Source of the DNA: Atractiella rhizophila
Lineage: Eukaryota
DNA length: 50,527 nt
Direction: 5' to 3'
Assembly (NCBI GenBank): GCA_021432655.1
Contig: MU271268.1
Coordinates: forward strand, 62,001 to 112,527
Below are positions 36,384-49,241 of this stretch, piece by piece. Under the pieces are notes generated by a model. That model saw only the letters and a list, made by a program, of their open reading frames with translations. It was not told where the DNA came from and ran no database searches. Made by a program: the position numbers and the translations under genes. Position 1 is the first letter of the stretch, and each line of letters begins with the position of its first letter.

Positions 36384-37234
36384 TTTGAACAAGAGACGGC
36401 CTCGTCGTTTTCAGAAGTGGGCAGAAACATCTCGTCAGTTTATATTGCGTTTGCAACAATGAACCTGTCTCCTATACTCCTGTGACGTCCGTTATCGATA
36501 CTTGCCGGAAAAGGAAGACAGTGTTGCTTTTCTGGGAGACACGTCGTCACCAATTTACCACAAGTACCATAATAATTTGGGAACTTTCATTTCGCTGTGC
36601 CAACAAAGAACGTGGCATCGAAGAGAAAGGGACCCTATTCCGGCTAGGGCCTCAGACCTCCTTGCTGCTCTAGAAGCTCTGATGGACGCAATGCGACATT
36701 TTGCTGATATTGTATAGTACACCCTAATACTTACTGCTCTAATTTGTTATTTATCGTCAGTGAGCCCACCTCCCACCGCAATAGCTTGCCTATGCCAGGC
36801 CGCAGCATCCCTTCTGCTTCAAACTCCTTCCCTGAAGACAACATGAATGATCTGTTCCAGCAAGCTCACTCACGACGAGAAACCGGAATCCTCCATACAT
36901 ACATATCTCATCGATCCTATGAATGTCAAGTCCACTTCATGGCGACGACAGCAAACACCTTACAGCCCGTGCAGTCTGCGTCTGAGCCGGAAATTTCGAC
37001 GGATGGGACTGGGCACCGTCGTTCAAAAGAGACGAAAGGAACGCAATTGACCGTACCTTCGCAGCCATTCATTGGTTTGCACATTGAATTAATAACTGGA
37101 ACCCTGGAGCTGAACCAGTTAAAAGGCCGTTTCAGTCTCCATTTGAGCAAAGATTTCCTGACATCCCCATTCCTATATCTCTTCGCCACCTCCGCTTGTT
37201 CCTTCGACTGGAGAACATCAAGTACAAATGTACT

Positions 37235-40200
37235 ATGGAGCCTCTTCAGACGGACGTTGATATCCCGAGTCAATCTCCATCGTCAGATGGCCCGGATCCC
37301 AAGCTCAGTGCAACAACAGCTAGCTCGACCGCAGAGGCCTCATCTCTAGCTGACCCGAAGCTAGACGGCTGTACATCCGACCCCGATCACTGTTCTCCTA
37401 TTTGCCTCGCGAAACCCACAGAGCCTTGGACAATTTTCGCATTTGGCGGCGCCGTTCTCCCTTTAGTTTTGGGGCTCATCTACGTGTCCTTCTGCACCTT
37501 TGTATCCTACCTCCCTTTCCCTTTCGTCGTTTCTCATTCGATGAAATACGCAAACGAGATTCAAGGCGCAATGACGGTTTTGGCCAATATTTGGGTTGCT
37601 TTTTCCTTACAATCGGTTGAAGATCTCGTGGACTGCATCCAGGCGGAAGAGTGGTATCGTCGTCTCTCGTTAACTCTTTGCCCCAAGAGAAGGAGTGGAG
37701 GCAGAGAAATTGCTTTCAAACATGTCAACCAGGTGTCATGTAACATCGGCGGAATCGGCAAACAAGCCGAGAACTTGTTCACCTTCTTTTCGGGAAGTTC
37801 GAGTGTTTTTAAAGCTGCTTTTATTTCTTCCCTTCTCAGCGTTGGATTAAACCATCTGGGACCCGCACTCCCACAATTATTTCCAGGTCTGCTTTGATGC
37901 CTGTCAAGCTGGCTGATGTTCACGGTTTGCTGCAGGATGGTACTCGATAGGAACGCAAAACATTTCAATTCCATCACTCCCTCCTCTTTCGTTGCACTCA
38001 AACCTTTCTGCCCCTTTCAACCGCAGCAGCTCTCCTTCTTCCAAGTTGTCCAACGTGTATATCCTTGTCGGCCTCAACGAGGGCTACATACAGAAGGATA
38101 ATTCTTTTCCAAATACTGTGGCACCTCTCCCCTATCTCTCGGCTATTGGTGATGGCGAATTTTACGACACGGACGTTGCATACTTAGACTATACATGTCA
38201 TTGGCTTGCGCCGAAAATAGGAGAGCCTGAGTGGGACATAATTGCTGCAACTGAACAATCCAGACACAGGACAGCGTATTCAGCTGGTGGATATAAAGGC
38301 TCGGGAAAGGCACCTTTCTTTCCGGGGAGTGAGTCCTTGTTTCTTCAAGCCGCTTGTATACAACTTACTGACGCTAGTATGTAACAGCGGTCACCCTCCT
38401 GGACACAGTTTATAAAGCTGACTCTTCCGGCAACGCTCTCGTTCCTTCCTACGATGGAGCCATGCTGGTAGTCGTACAAAGCGCTCCATTCAATGCTAAT
38501 ATTCAATATACTGATGTCGAAGATTGGTGGATTGATCTTGCATCCGTTCCAACCTCTCCCATTCCACCTGTCTGGTCTACATTTCAGGACGAATGGGCAA
38601 ATCTGCACAACAGGCCGATTACAACTGACATTTCCATGCTTCTTTGCCTTCCTCAGGTTGATGTTCAATCTTATCATGTCCATGCTTACCAAGGAGCGTT
38701 CGAGACGTTGGACGAATCGTTGCCTTATAGAGTTGGAAACATTGATCAGACCCAGCTCAAAATTGCGCTCTCAGACTCTCTTCTGAGCTTTGCCACTTCC
38801 TCTTCAACCATGTTCAGAGGCACGCCTTTCATGCTGGACAACAGGCGTAATTTTACCCATTATACACCTGCAAATGAATCGGATCTTGAGTCCTTCTACG
38901 CCCGTCTAGCTCAAGTAGGTTTATCAGCATACCTAGATGGTGGACCATTCGGGATGAGACAAACTCAGAGCATCGGAGAAAGATTAGGCCTGGTACTCAA
39001 AGCTGACAGGAAATACTTAGCGATCGTCGCCATTCTCTACATCCTCATATCGTTCCCTGGAATATTCATCATCTCGCTCCGAAGAACGGAGGAAAAGAAG
39101 GAAAAACACCTTTCTGTTTCGAACGTTTTGCAGCTCGTCCACATGGCAGAGGGAATGCAACTGGAGGAGAGAACTGGGCGGGAGATCACACAACTTGCCA
39201 AAGAAATAGGAGGGAAAGAGGCACAACTAGCTGAAGGGGAAGACATGGTCTCACATGCTTTCCGAAATGCTAAAGTCTGGATGTACGAGACTACCGCATC
39301 AGATGGGAAAGACATTATGAGGCTCAGCTTCTATCCTGGAACTTGGAAACCAAGAGGTCGCTGGGGCAAAATACTCAGGAGAGCTCGCAATCGTCTAGGT
39401 ATCCTTACTCCTGTACTTGGAGGATGCCTCGTTGCTTTCGGTGTATACACCTATGTAAACAAGGTTATCATCCCTGTGGAGGTGATGGACAGCCGTCACG
39501 CGATGATAGCGACATTGTTCACGACGACTCTGGGGCTTTGGAGGACACTCGCCCTTTGGGGTGTACGCAAGGTGATTAAGGAAGTTCGATCAGAGGTGTG
39601 TTGTCATCCATATATATTGGAATGACTTATTGAATAAATGCAGGAATGGACACGGATGATTACATTGCATGGCGTGGAAATACCACATGAGAAAAACCTA
39701 ACCACTGCTTTTGAAGACGTTTCTAGCGACAACCTCTCAACCATCGATGTGGCATGGTATACCATACTGTTCAAGCCTCGTTCTTTCATCTCAAGTTACT
39801 ATCGGCTTGCTTTTTTCTCCTTGCTCAGTGCAACGCTCTGCTCTACCATCTCTCAAGGAGCCATTCAGATTCAACTTCGTCCCGGCGTCATTCAAGATCA
39901 CGTACCATCTAATATTCGATCTTACTCGCACTCTGTCCAATCACTCTATTCTTATGTAGGGGACCAGCCATGGGCCACGGAGCGTACTCTAATGCCGCAG
40001 GCGCCAGATTCCGTGATCGCGGCCTTCGAAAGTTTGAATGAGATTGGAAACTCATTTACATACCTCGAACAAATAGGTGGTGGTACTATTGGGATCAGGC
40101 TTCCTGTCACGAATGAAGCCAGCGAGGGATACTTCTTAATGCAGCCACAGGAGACCATTTTTGATTCAGAAGCCAACGTCAAGTTTCTGACTGATCTCGG

Positions 40201-41140
40201 CACTTGGAAAATGTCTTGTGGGTGGACCATACCGACTCTGCAAACGTGGACCCGTTCACTGAACCATTCCTCTTTCCTCTCCATCGAGATCCCAGAAAGA
40301 AGCCTTCGAGGACTAATGTTACCTCCTTCAGGACATCCAAACTTTGTTCCACTACAGCAACCGCAGATCATAGATAGCCAGGATCAATATATCTTCACTG
40401 GCCTTTTCGCTTGGACACTTTTCGGTTCTTCCTCTGGTGCTAAGGTCAACCTTGACAACGTCCCGCATGCCAATCTCTCTTCAGAATGGCAAGACTGGAT
40501 TCGAGACAGTCTCATTCCGACATACGACCCTACATTCACACGAGACTTTGTGGAAGTGCCCACCAAATTGACGACTCTTGTCTGTGAACCAAATGTCGAA
40601 GTTCTTTACCGTTCATCTGCCATGATCTATGAGGGCACTGTTTCCCTCGACAAAAGAAATGAGGTGGAGAAGAAGATTGGGAATGTGGACCTCGAACAGC
40701 TCTCCCATCTCGTTTATTACATGGGTTCCTTGTTCGGGTCATCTGATCTGGGAACGTTCCTCCCGTTTCTTCCGATTGGCGCTCTCCCCGGGCTCATGGC
40801 CCTTTCGCCGGCCCTGAAAGAAGGCAATTCGACAATTCCTCGTTCCGGAAAAGATATTTCACAATCCCTCAATAAAATGATGACTTCGCAACTCAAGGCC
40901 ATCTCATTAGTTGCCCTGCCAGATGTGCCCTCATTTTCTGCGGAAATTGGCCAAAGATACGTGCTGGATGTCTCTCTTCCTCTACTCATTCCAACAAGCT
41001 TGATGTTCATCCTGCTCTCGATAATTGTCATCATTTTCGAGCTTAGGATAAAGCTGAGGAGATTTAGTCTCGCTGGGATCTTGCTAGCAGGAGGAACAAA
41101 CTTGCAAGACTGGGATGATCAAAATAAGGGTCAAAGTTGA
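37235..41140 (+). CDS. Uncharacterised multi-pass membrane protein built from two homologous halves
   Basis: Long ORFs are joined by GT-AG introns (~37887, ~38328, ~39596). Paired motifs: IQAEEWYRRL / VRSE|EWTRMI; FKAAFISSLLS / YRLAFFSLLS; CLPQVDV..GNIDQTQL / CEPNVEV..GNVDLEQL. Confidence 0.75.
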
Positions 41141-42479
41141 ACGGACACAACAATTTCAGTCTCTATCAAGTGCTTGCACAAGCAATTTTATTAGTGCTTG
41201 TTTCTAGTCTCAATCAACCCAAACAGAACTGACAGTCCTTTGGTGACTTTCAAGTAACTTAGTCACATTTGCTTTACTTCATCGAGATGATTTTATGTAA
41301 ATTCCATAGAGAACAAGAATAAAATAAACAAACATGCTATGGGATTTATAAGAAAGGAGAAGGAGAATATATCTAGCACTTATGTGTGAACGTTGTATGA
41401 AACAAACTATTGAGCAAGATTATCTTTTATTTATAGTAGTAGTCTCAAATGTTATCATTGTTGTAAGACTGCGAATACTGATGCAAGGTTGAAGTTGGGG
41501 AGGAAACAAGAATAAGTATTACTCATTTCTCCCAGACTTTAGCACAGTTCATATATCTGAGAAAAGTTGTGACAAACAAATTCTACAAAGTACACAGATG
41601 CGTAAGAAATCAGTAAGTAAGAAGAAGCGAGGAGAAAATAGAATCCCCTCCAATATGTGGTGTCCTGTCGTTCTTAGTAAGGCGTGAAAGGTGGTGGCGG
41701 GCTGAACTTCAACAATCATGAAGTGTCGTTTCTCTGTTCAGTGACTGCTGAATATGGAACCTACCAGGAATAGTGATTCAGTGTATCAAATGCAACTGAT
41801 ATCAACCAATATTTCGGTCCAATGGTTCGCTTCTATAGCATGAGTCATGTTCTGGAATATACAGTGAATAGTCTAAAAGGCTCTGGAAGATATGGCAACT
41901 TTGTGTATAAACGACCTAGAGAACCCTATCCAGAGTTCTCTTATGATATCCAAGCTTATCTGGCAGCCCTTACCTTAGATATTGTCAGTCATAACAAATA
42001 TGTCATTTTCTGAGTCTAGAGCGCTGGGTTACAATTCATTTCTAAATAATACAAAATTCCAAGCTCTGACGCCGGCAAATTGCATGCTGTGAGTTGATGA
42101 TGCTTCAGGTTTAACAGCATCTAGAGCTGTAGTCGGATGTGAGCTGTATTTCATGTCATCCTTAGGCAACTGAACATCACATGGCAGAGCTAGGTCCCCT
42201 ATGACTTTTGGGCACATGCTCTGCATTTGCTTCATATACCTTCACTTATTCATGTCTGCCCTTCGACGATATCCACTTCCTATTGTGTGCTACAAGTCTA
42301 GATCTCAACTTTGTGCTATTGGTGACATGACATCAATCCCATTGCTGCCAAATCCAGATTTTTCACTTCACTTGCACTGTCTATAGGCTTCCAATTTTAT
42401 ATTGTTTAGAATTCGTCCATTATTATTTTGCCACTTCTTAACTCTTCTGGACTCTCTTTCCATGCCACAATGTCTCTGT

Positions 42480-43490
42480 GACCAGTAGAACATTTATCTC
42501 AACAAGTACGTCTACAAGATTCTAAATATTCTGCTGTTCAAAGCAGTCCAGCTGCACTTGCTAGAAAGCTCTATGCCCAACATCATACTCATGGTTCCAT
42601 CACACCATGAAAGAATGTTGTACAGAGAGCAACACATTGGTGGGATTTCTTTCACTAAGGTATAGTGCACTTCGAAATACCTTGTAATTACCAACTGACA
42701 GCAACCATTCCGCAAAGCAAGAGGTAATTCTAGAGTCTCACCATGTCATTTCAGCTTGATGACGATGAAGGTACATATTCACAGCATGAGGAAGGACTTG
42801 AACTGCTGGCCAAAAAGACTATTGACAAAGCATGTGCTGACAATCTGTGCCCGCAAAGTTGTGGGAATCACTGATAGGCATTGTCACATATCACCTGAAA
42901 AATTATTAGAGCTAAACCCTTTGACTTGATTTTACTCATCCCCTAGCACCAAAATAACTCTGCCAAAAGATGTATCTATATTGCTTACGTCTCTAAGCAT
43001 CCGGTTGACTGCTTCAAAGCACCATCAATGGCTCATTCCTACTTTATCTGAGTTTATCAATTTTGCCTTATGGCAAAGTCGCCCATGATCATTGCAAGTA
43101 GTAATACCACAGACAGAGTCAGTGCCAATGTCCAACGGACAAGGCTTGAATGTCAAGGAGACAAGACGGATAATCTGCTCCTATGTCAGATCATATGTGC
43201 CATACTTTGTTCGTAGGAGATGTTTTTAATCATTGCTGAGCTGCACCAGCAACACCGAATAATAGAATGTAGACGAAGAGAGATCACATTGCAAAGCCGT
43301 TCTTTACTGCACAGGCTTCATCAAGGCAGTAATCCAATTCTTGTTCACTTTCTAACAACCCAAGAGCTGCACATGCAGCCTTGAAAGTCTCATAGATGGT
43401 CCCATCTACTGTAGGGATACCTTCAAAAGATTTCAGGCTGACAACTTTATGGAGGTGCCTTGTGAAGGTACTGCGTGATAGATACGTCCA
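42480..43490 (-). mobile_element. Decayed Helitron Rep/PIF1-helicase remnant
   Basis: KSFEGIPTVDGTIYETFKAACAALGLLESE; GMSH*WCFEAVNRMLRDV...FGRVILVLG; GDM*QCLSVIP; LYNILSWCDGT. These are Helitron PIF1-type motifs interrupted by stops and deletions. Confidence 0.8.
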
Positions 43491-44507
43491 TGTTAGGGCT
43501 GATACCATGTGCGGTCGCCGACGGGCAATGTGTCTGTAGTGGAGATAAACCTAAGAGAATGATATGACATAAGAAGACTAACCTGTAGTGGAGATAAACC
43601 TAAGAGAATACTGTAAGGTCACCTCCACTACTCTTCGATCTATATACAAGCGGAATAATACTGCCACAAAGTGTAGAGGAGAACAGATGAAACGTGTAAG
43701 AGAACTAAAAGGGGAAAATGACAGTGGGATTATGTGGGGTGAATAAGAGGAGAATAGACACAATTGTGCTAAGTGTTGATGTGAGCACAAATGGGCGAAC
43801 AGGTGACCCAGCGCCGATTTGCACGCAACGAGGTGCAGAGTGGTGATGGGGCGCAGATTCCCGTAGAATGCGAACAGGCAATGATTCGTGGGAATGCAAA
43901 TAGGCAATGGGAGACGCAATCGAGCGAACAGGTGCCAATTTGCATAAGATGCAAATCTGACAGTCCAATAGCTTCTTGCCGCTCTGGAATGTTCCAAGAG
44001 TGTGTGGCTGAATCCCAAGTAAGGAATTGGGGCGCTGTCAGGTTTGCGTCTTACGCAAATCGGCGCCCGTTTGCCGGATTACGTCTCTCATCGCCCATTT
44101 GGGTCCCCACGAATCGGCGCGTTTTCGCCCGTTTGCATTCTACACAAATCCCTCTCCTGTCACCTATTTGCCCACAGTGCAAATCGGCGCCCAGTCACCC
44201 GTTCACCCATTTGCGCCTGCATCACCACTTAGCCCAATTATGTCCATTCTCCTCTTATTGGCTCCACATAATCCCACTGTCACTTTCCCCTTTTAGTTCT
44301 CTTACCCGTTTCATCTGTTCTCCTCTACACTTTGTGACAGTATTATTCCGCTTGTATATAGATCGAAGAGTAGTGGAGGTGACCTTACAGTATTCTATTA
44401 GGTTTATCTCCACTACAGGTTAGTCTTCATGTCATATCATGCTCTTAGGTTTATCTCCACTACAGACGCATTGCCTGTCAGCGGCCGCACATAGTATCAG
44501 CCCTAAC
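43491..44507. repeat. ~1.0-kb imperfect palindrome (foldback/MITE-like): ~473-bp arms around a 71-bp spacer
   Basis: The left arm 43491-43963 (tgttagggctgatac...ctgacag) is the diverged reverse complement of the right arm 44035-44507 (ctgtcag...gtatcagccctaac). Each arm has two copies of ctgtagtggagataaaccta. Confidence 0.9.
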
Positions 44508-46417
44508 GGGTGCTCTCAGATAGTCTTCAATAATATTGGGGGTTTCCCTACAGTAGGTGAAGAACCCAGTCAACGTTGTTTTGGTGAAATTATTCCTGTT
44601 GAGAACGTCACCTTCAATGCGCTGATGGCATGCCTACGCTCATCTGTTAGCTTCCACCTTGGGGTAATTCGCCCTAGAGCCTGCTCAATAGCCCCTGGCT
44701 TGTTCTTTCCATCGGGACGCTTGTCTATAGGAGTGAGAGGGGCTGTGAGTGCTAGCGGTCGTAGACAGTGGGTGAGTTTTGCAAAGTCATGAATGAGGTT
44801 TTAGAAACCTCCCATGCTAGCTGTGCTGAGGAACCAGAGCATTTCTGCAGGGTCGGTGGGTTCCGGCATGTTCATGATCACATCAATTTTGCTGGCATCT
44901 GCGTTTACCCCTTCTTCAGCCACTACCACGCCGCTCGTACCTGTGAGGCAAAGAACTGTTCTTTCAATGGGCCGCTCTGCAACGTTGTAAGAAACATCTT
45001 AGGAGTTTGAAAGTTCCTTTGAAGGTTCTCTCCCCTCCAATAACGTCGTCTACCCACCATCCTAGGTGTCCTCTTTCTTTTTGCCGAAGGCTCCCAAAAA
45101 AGGCACGATCCATCATCTCTCCCGGTAGGTCCCTGGAGATCCTGCAAGTCCGAGTACCATTACTTTGAACACAAAAAGTCCTCGCCCAGGAGCACAGAAG
45201 GCCATCTTTTCAATGACTTCTTCCCGCATGAATATGGCATAGAACCCCCTGCAGATGTCCATGCAGAAGTAGAACTTGTTTCCTGCCATTTCGGCTGCCG
45301 TTTGGTTCGAGCCAGATGTGGGGAATAGTGTTGACTCCGTGGCTGCATTCAGTCCCAGGAAGGCGATTACCTTTCTCCATTTCGCTTTGGGCCACAACGT
45401 GAGTGTCAGGGTTCAAGCCCCTGATATACCTTAAGTACAGACCAAGATGGGTGTAAACACCCATCATTAGCTCTTTTAGTTCAGTCACTTAGCTGTTGGT
45501 CTGTAGCCATCCTGACAGTGAGCTCCGGTATCTCATCTTTCTGTTCTGGAGTACTGTCTACTGGCCTTCCTTCCAGTTTAGCTAATGTGTTGGTGACTTT
45601 GGAGCACAGGATGCCAAGAGACATGTCAAAAGGCTTGTCGTCTGTATTGGGTTTGGGACTATCTTGAGGTGAGCAATGTGGGGATCGGGTGTGGGGAGTT
45701 GAACGATGACATCGTCCTGTAGCATAGTGGTCGATTTCATTGTCCATGAACTCACGTTGTGGCAGGGTGAGAGCTTGTTGGAAGGACGTACAATCCCAGT
45801 TTCAACTTGATGAGTGTTATGATATCGGTTCGTGTCATGTCCCCAATGGAAGTCGCAAACATGTCCACATGGTAGGTCCAATCTCCTCCACTAATCTTGA
45901 CTCCCTCCCAGTTACGTGCCTTCCATTGTTATCGTTCAATTGATTGCTGCTTCTAGGTTCCAAGTCAAGAGTGGTGTTAAGGTGTCAGAAGTATGTTCGG
46001 AGGATGTTGAAGATCATATGTGTGGCAGTGGGGCTTGACAGAATTCGGCTGTGGGTGAGAGACAGTGGGAGGGTGGTACGGGGGGAACGGTGGTGCATTG
46101 TTGAGAAGGTAGGATTCGATGGCGGCGGGCATGGACGGAGGCATGCGATGCAGGTAAGGTTTTCTGGTAAGACTTATGGTGCTAACATTCAAGTGCAGGC
46201 TAGCCACCTGTAGCGATTCTGTGTGTGCTAGAGGAGCGAGAGTGAGAGGTGGTAAATGTCTGTGTTCTCAGTCTCTAAATTTGTACATGTTCGTGGCTGC
46301 CACACTGGACCATCACTTACGAAGCTTCTCTAGGTGTCACAGAAACTTAACCGTCCCATATTGTATTCTGCCACACAGGTTGCTGCCAGAGGATAGCCCT
46401 GGATGGTTCTAGCTACT
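44508..46417 (-). mobile_element. Decayed, internally deleted Ty3/Gypsy retrotransposon (possible LTR ~46209-46417, gag-like region, RT, connection)
   Basis: RT motif MDICRGFYAIFMREEVIEKMAFCAPGRGLFVFKVMVLGLAGSP; thumb GVVVAEEGVNADASKIDVIMNMPEP; connection WKLTDERRHAISALK. Many stops and frameshifts. The LTR call rests only on gtagc...gctaca ends. Confidence 0.75.
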
Positions 46418-47131
46418 GAACTCCTGGCAGTGTACCTGTGGAGTATTTACGCCTGAGATTATGATGAAATCACATTTATTGAGTATTACATGACTCATGG
46501 GCCTACGCAGCAGGAACCTGATAATGAAGTGATGGAACCTTCTCCCCCTCCTGCCCTTCCTCTTTCCTTCCATCAACCCCCCAAGGATAAATGTCAAGCC
46601 AATATAATTCTCACATGCACGCAAATTTATGCTCCAGAAGCTTTTGAGTGAAGCTCCAATTAATGGAAACTGATGTTTTAACAAGTCCAGCGAAGTTTCA
46701 TAATGAGGAAACAAGGAATAACTTTCAAGGCAGGGATACAACATCCGTATCCCAATGTATAGAGTTAGGTCATAATGGGAGTAGAGCCATATGGTATCAC
46801 CTGTTGTCAAAGTGGTCAAAGTCAAAGTCTAGGATGCCTAAATATGAAAGCATATAGCGGACCCATACAGCACAAATTTCCGATCTGATAGCCATCCCTA
46901 TGTCAAGGCGGATGCAAAGAGGTATCTGAATGGGATATGCCAAGTCACATACTGCGAAGACAATGCCAAGCGGAAATCCTGAGCATACATTTCATGTACC
47001 TGCAAGGACAATGCTAGGTGGAGATCCTGAGAGAACAAACTAGGTCTCAGGGGCATTGTTCTTGCTTATATACATAAAAAGGCTGCACAGCTACAAACAA
47101 TGTCTCTAACCCTATCTAAGGTAGAGCGTAG

Positions 47132-47760
47132 TGTTAGGGCTGACACTATGTGCGGTCGCCGATAGGCGATGCGTCTGTAGTGGAGGTAAACCTAAGAGAA
47201 TGATATGACATGAAGACTAACCTGTAGTGGAGATAAACCTAATAGAATACTGTAAGGTCACCTCCACTACTCTTCGATCTATATACAAGCGGAATAATAC
47301 TGTCACAAAGTGTAGAGGAGAACAGATGAAACGGGTAAGAGAACTAAAAGGGGAAAGTGACAGTGGGATTATGTGGAGCCAATAAGAGGAGAATGGACAT
47401 AATTGGGCTAAGTGGTGATGCAGGCGCAAATGGGTGAACGGGTGACTGGGCGCCGATTTGCACTGTGGGCAAATAGGCGACAGGAGAGGGATTTGTGTAG
47501 AATGCAAACGGGCGAAAACGCGCCGATTCGTGGGGACCCAAATGGGCGATGAGAGACGTAATCCGGCAAACGGGCGCCGATTTGCATAAGACACAAACCT
47601 GACAGCGCCCCAATTCCTTACTTAGGATTCAGCCACACACTCTTGGAACATTCCAGAGCGGCAAGAAGCTATTGGACTGTCAGATTTGCATCTTATGCAA
47701 ATTGGCACCTGTTCGCTCGATTGCGTCTCCCATTGCCTATTTGCATTCCCACGAATCATT
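47132..47760. repeat. Third, truncated copy of the palindromic element (reverse complement of 43880-44507)
   Basis: Near-identical to the reverse complement of 43880-44507, including the 71-bp spacer. It ends abruptly at cacgaatcatt. Confidence 0.92.
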
Positions 47761-48171
47761 AAACATGTAAGATAGCTAGATCAGGAAAGTAATAAAGGGA
47801 ATACTCGGAAATAAGATATACTGGGCAGTACTAGTGAGAAAGGACAATAAGGCGAAAATGGAGACGATGCAGACCGGCGAAATGTATAAGGTTTGCTGAG
47901 CAGCGATTCGTGTGAGGAATGGAAAGCGGCGAACAGCGCAGAACTGTGCAGAGCAGCGATGGGTAGGTACGTGATCACATGACACGGTAAGGTGGGTCAC
48001 GTGACCTCGGATGGTGCATTTTGGTATGCGTGGGGCAAGCCTGACAACACCCCCCAAATTCCTGACTGGTGTGCTTGAGTCACGGAATTTTTAGGTTAAG
48101 GTTTGCGGTTAGTTGGGGCGAAAATTTTTCCCAGTTCTTCCACCATCTCCCACTCTTCTTTTCGTGCAAAA

Positions 48172-49241
48172 ATGTCAACCGACACACAACTCTTCGACTT
48201 CGTTCTGGCAAACAAAGATAGGAGGGAGAGCACCGTTTATTGGGACGTGGAAAAGGCGAAAGAGGTGAACTTTGGGCGATTCGCCGATGTGCTAGAGTGG
48301 AGGAAAAGGTGTTATCCTCTGTATGTCAAATTTTGTGATGAGGTGCAAGAAGAGGTGAGATTTTCGTGTCTCGTATATTGTGGTTGTGTAACCCGTCGCC
48401 GGTGGGAAGGTGCGAACGGCTTATGAGGCCACAAAAGGGTTTGGTGATGGCCGGGTTCTGTCGTTTCCGCTGCGGATGCCTGTGGAAGCCTTGCAGGCAT
48501 TGCGGGATGAACTCCGGCTTTGGGTCGGACAAGTGGCGCCATTGAGGAGGAAGCATTGAAACTCGGGTTTCAGCCCTCTGAATCGGCGAACGGGACCCCA
48601 TTTTGCGAAGGAAAGAACGAGAACTTTTCTTGTTCGACACGAAAAAGCGTCTGGCGAAAGAGGAGGAGGAACGAAAATGGGCGGCGCTCAAAAATAAGCA
48701 TCGAGCGGCTGAGGAAAATTTACGCGCTCAAAAATCGATCTCAGCGGTGAAGGGGTCTGAGGTTGGGGTTGTGAGGGCACTGTCTGACCATCTGGTGACT
48801 GCTACTACTTTTGTTTTGCCTGCTGCATTGGGGGACCGAAATCCGTTCACCGGTGCGCCAGTCGCCGAATTTGTAGTGCGCGACGGGAAAGTTCAAATCA
48901 GCGACAAGGAATTGGACACATCGAAATACAGATACTTTTGGCCAGGTACTCGCGATGCCTATTCTCATGCTGCGGCGAACATCAACCTGGGCGAGTTGGA
49001 TCTTGAATTGGTTATCACAACTCCTCAGGCGAATGCGCGCATTCTTCCCACGTTGGCAAGCATCGGGACGCAGCGCTGTAGCAATTGTACTGGAAAGGTT
49101 CGAGCGGCACCTGTCAAAGCGGCGAAAAAGAAGGCCAAGGGTGACAACGACTCGCAGGTGTGCGATTTCTCTGCTGGGTATGTCAGCAATCTGGGAGAGT
49201 CTGAGCAGCGTTCAAAGTATCCTGAGATAGACTATGCTTAG
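48172..49241 (+). pseudogene. Hypothetical intron-containing gene, apparently disrupted
   Basis: Coding-like segments (MSTDTQLFDF..., RRKERELFLFDTKKRLAKEEEERKW..., CSNC) with gtgaga and gtatgt donors. A stop/frameshift near 48555-48580 prevents a simple join. No family recognised. Confidence 0.35.

Noticed and set aside
43491..43500. Telomeric TTAGGG at the repeat ends (also 44501 and 47134)
   Set aside because: Only a single unit occurs each time, with no tandem array.
43534..43610. CRISPR-like repeat-spacer unit (ctgtagtggagataaacctaagagaat x2)
   Set aside because: Only two units, inside a repeat element in a eukaryotic genome, with no cas genes.
43578..44423. ORFs 43578-44018, 43791-44423 and 47217-47594 as a protein family
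   Set aside because: Their similarity follows from the DNA repeat. They have no recognisable domains and lack convincing starts.
43880..47760. DIRS-type retroelement with inverted terminal repeats
   Set aside because: The RT fragment looks Gypsy-type, no tyrosine recombinase motif is visible, and the repeats belong to a separate palindromic unit.
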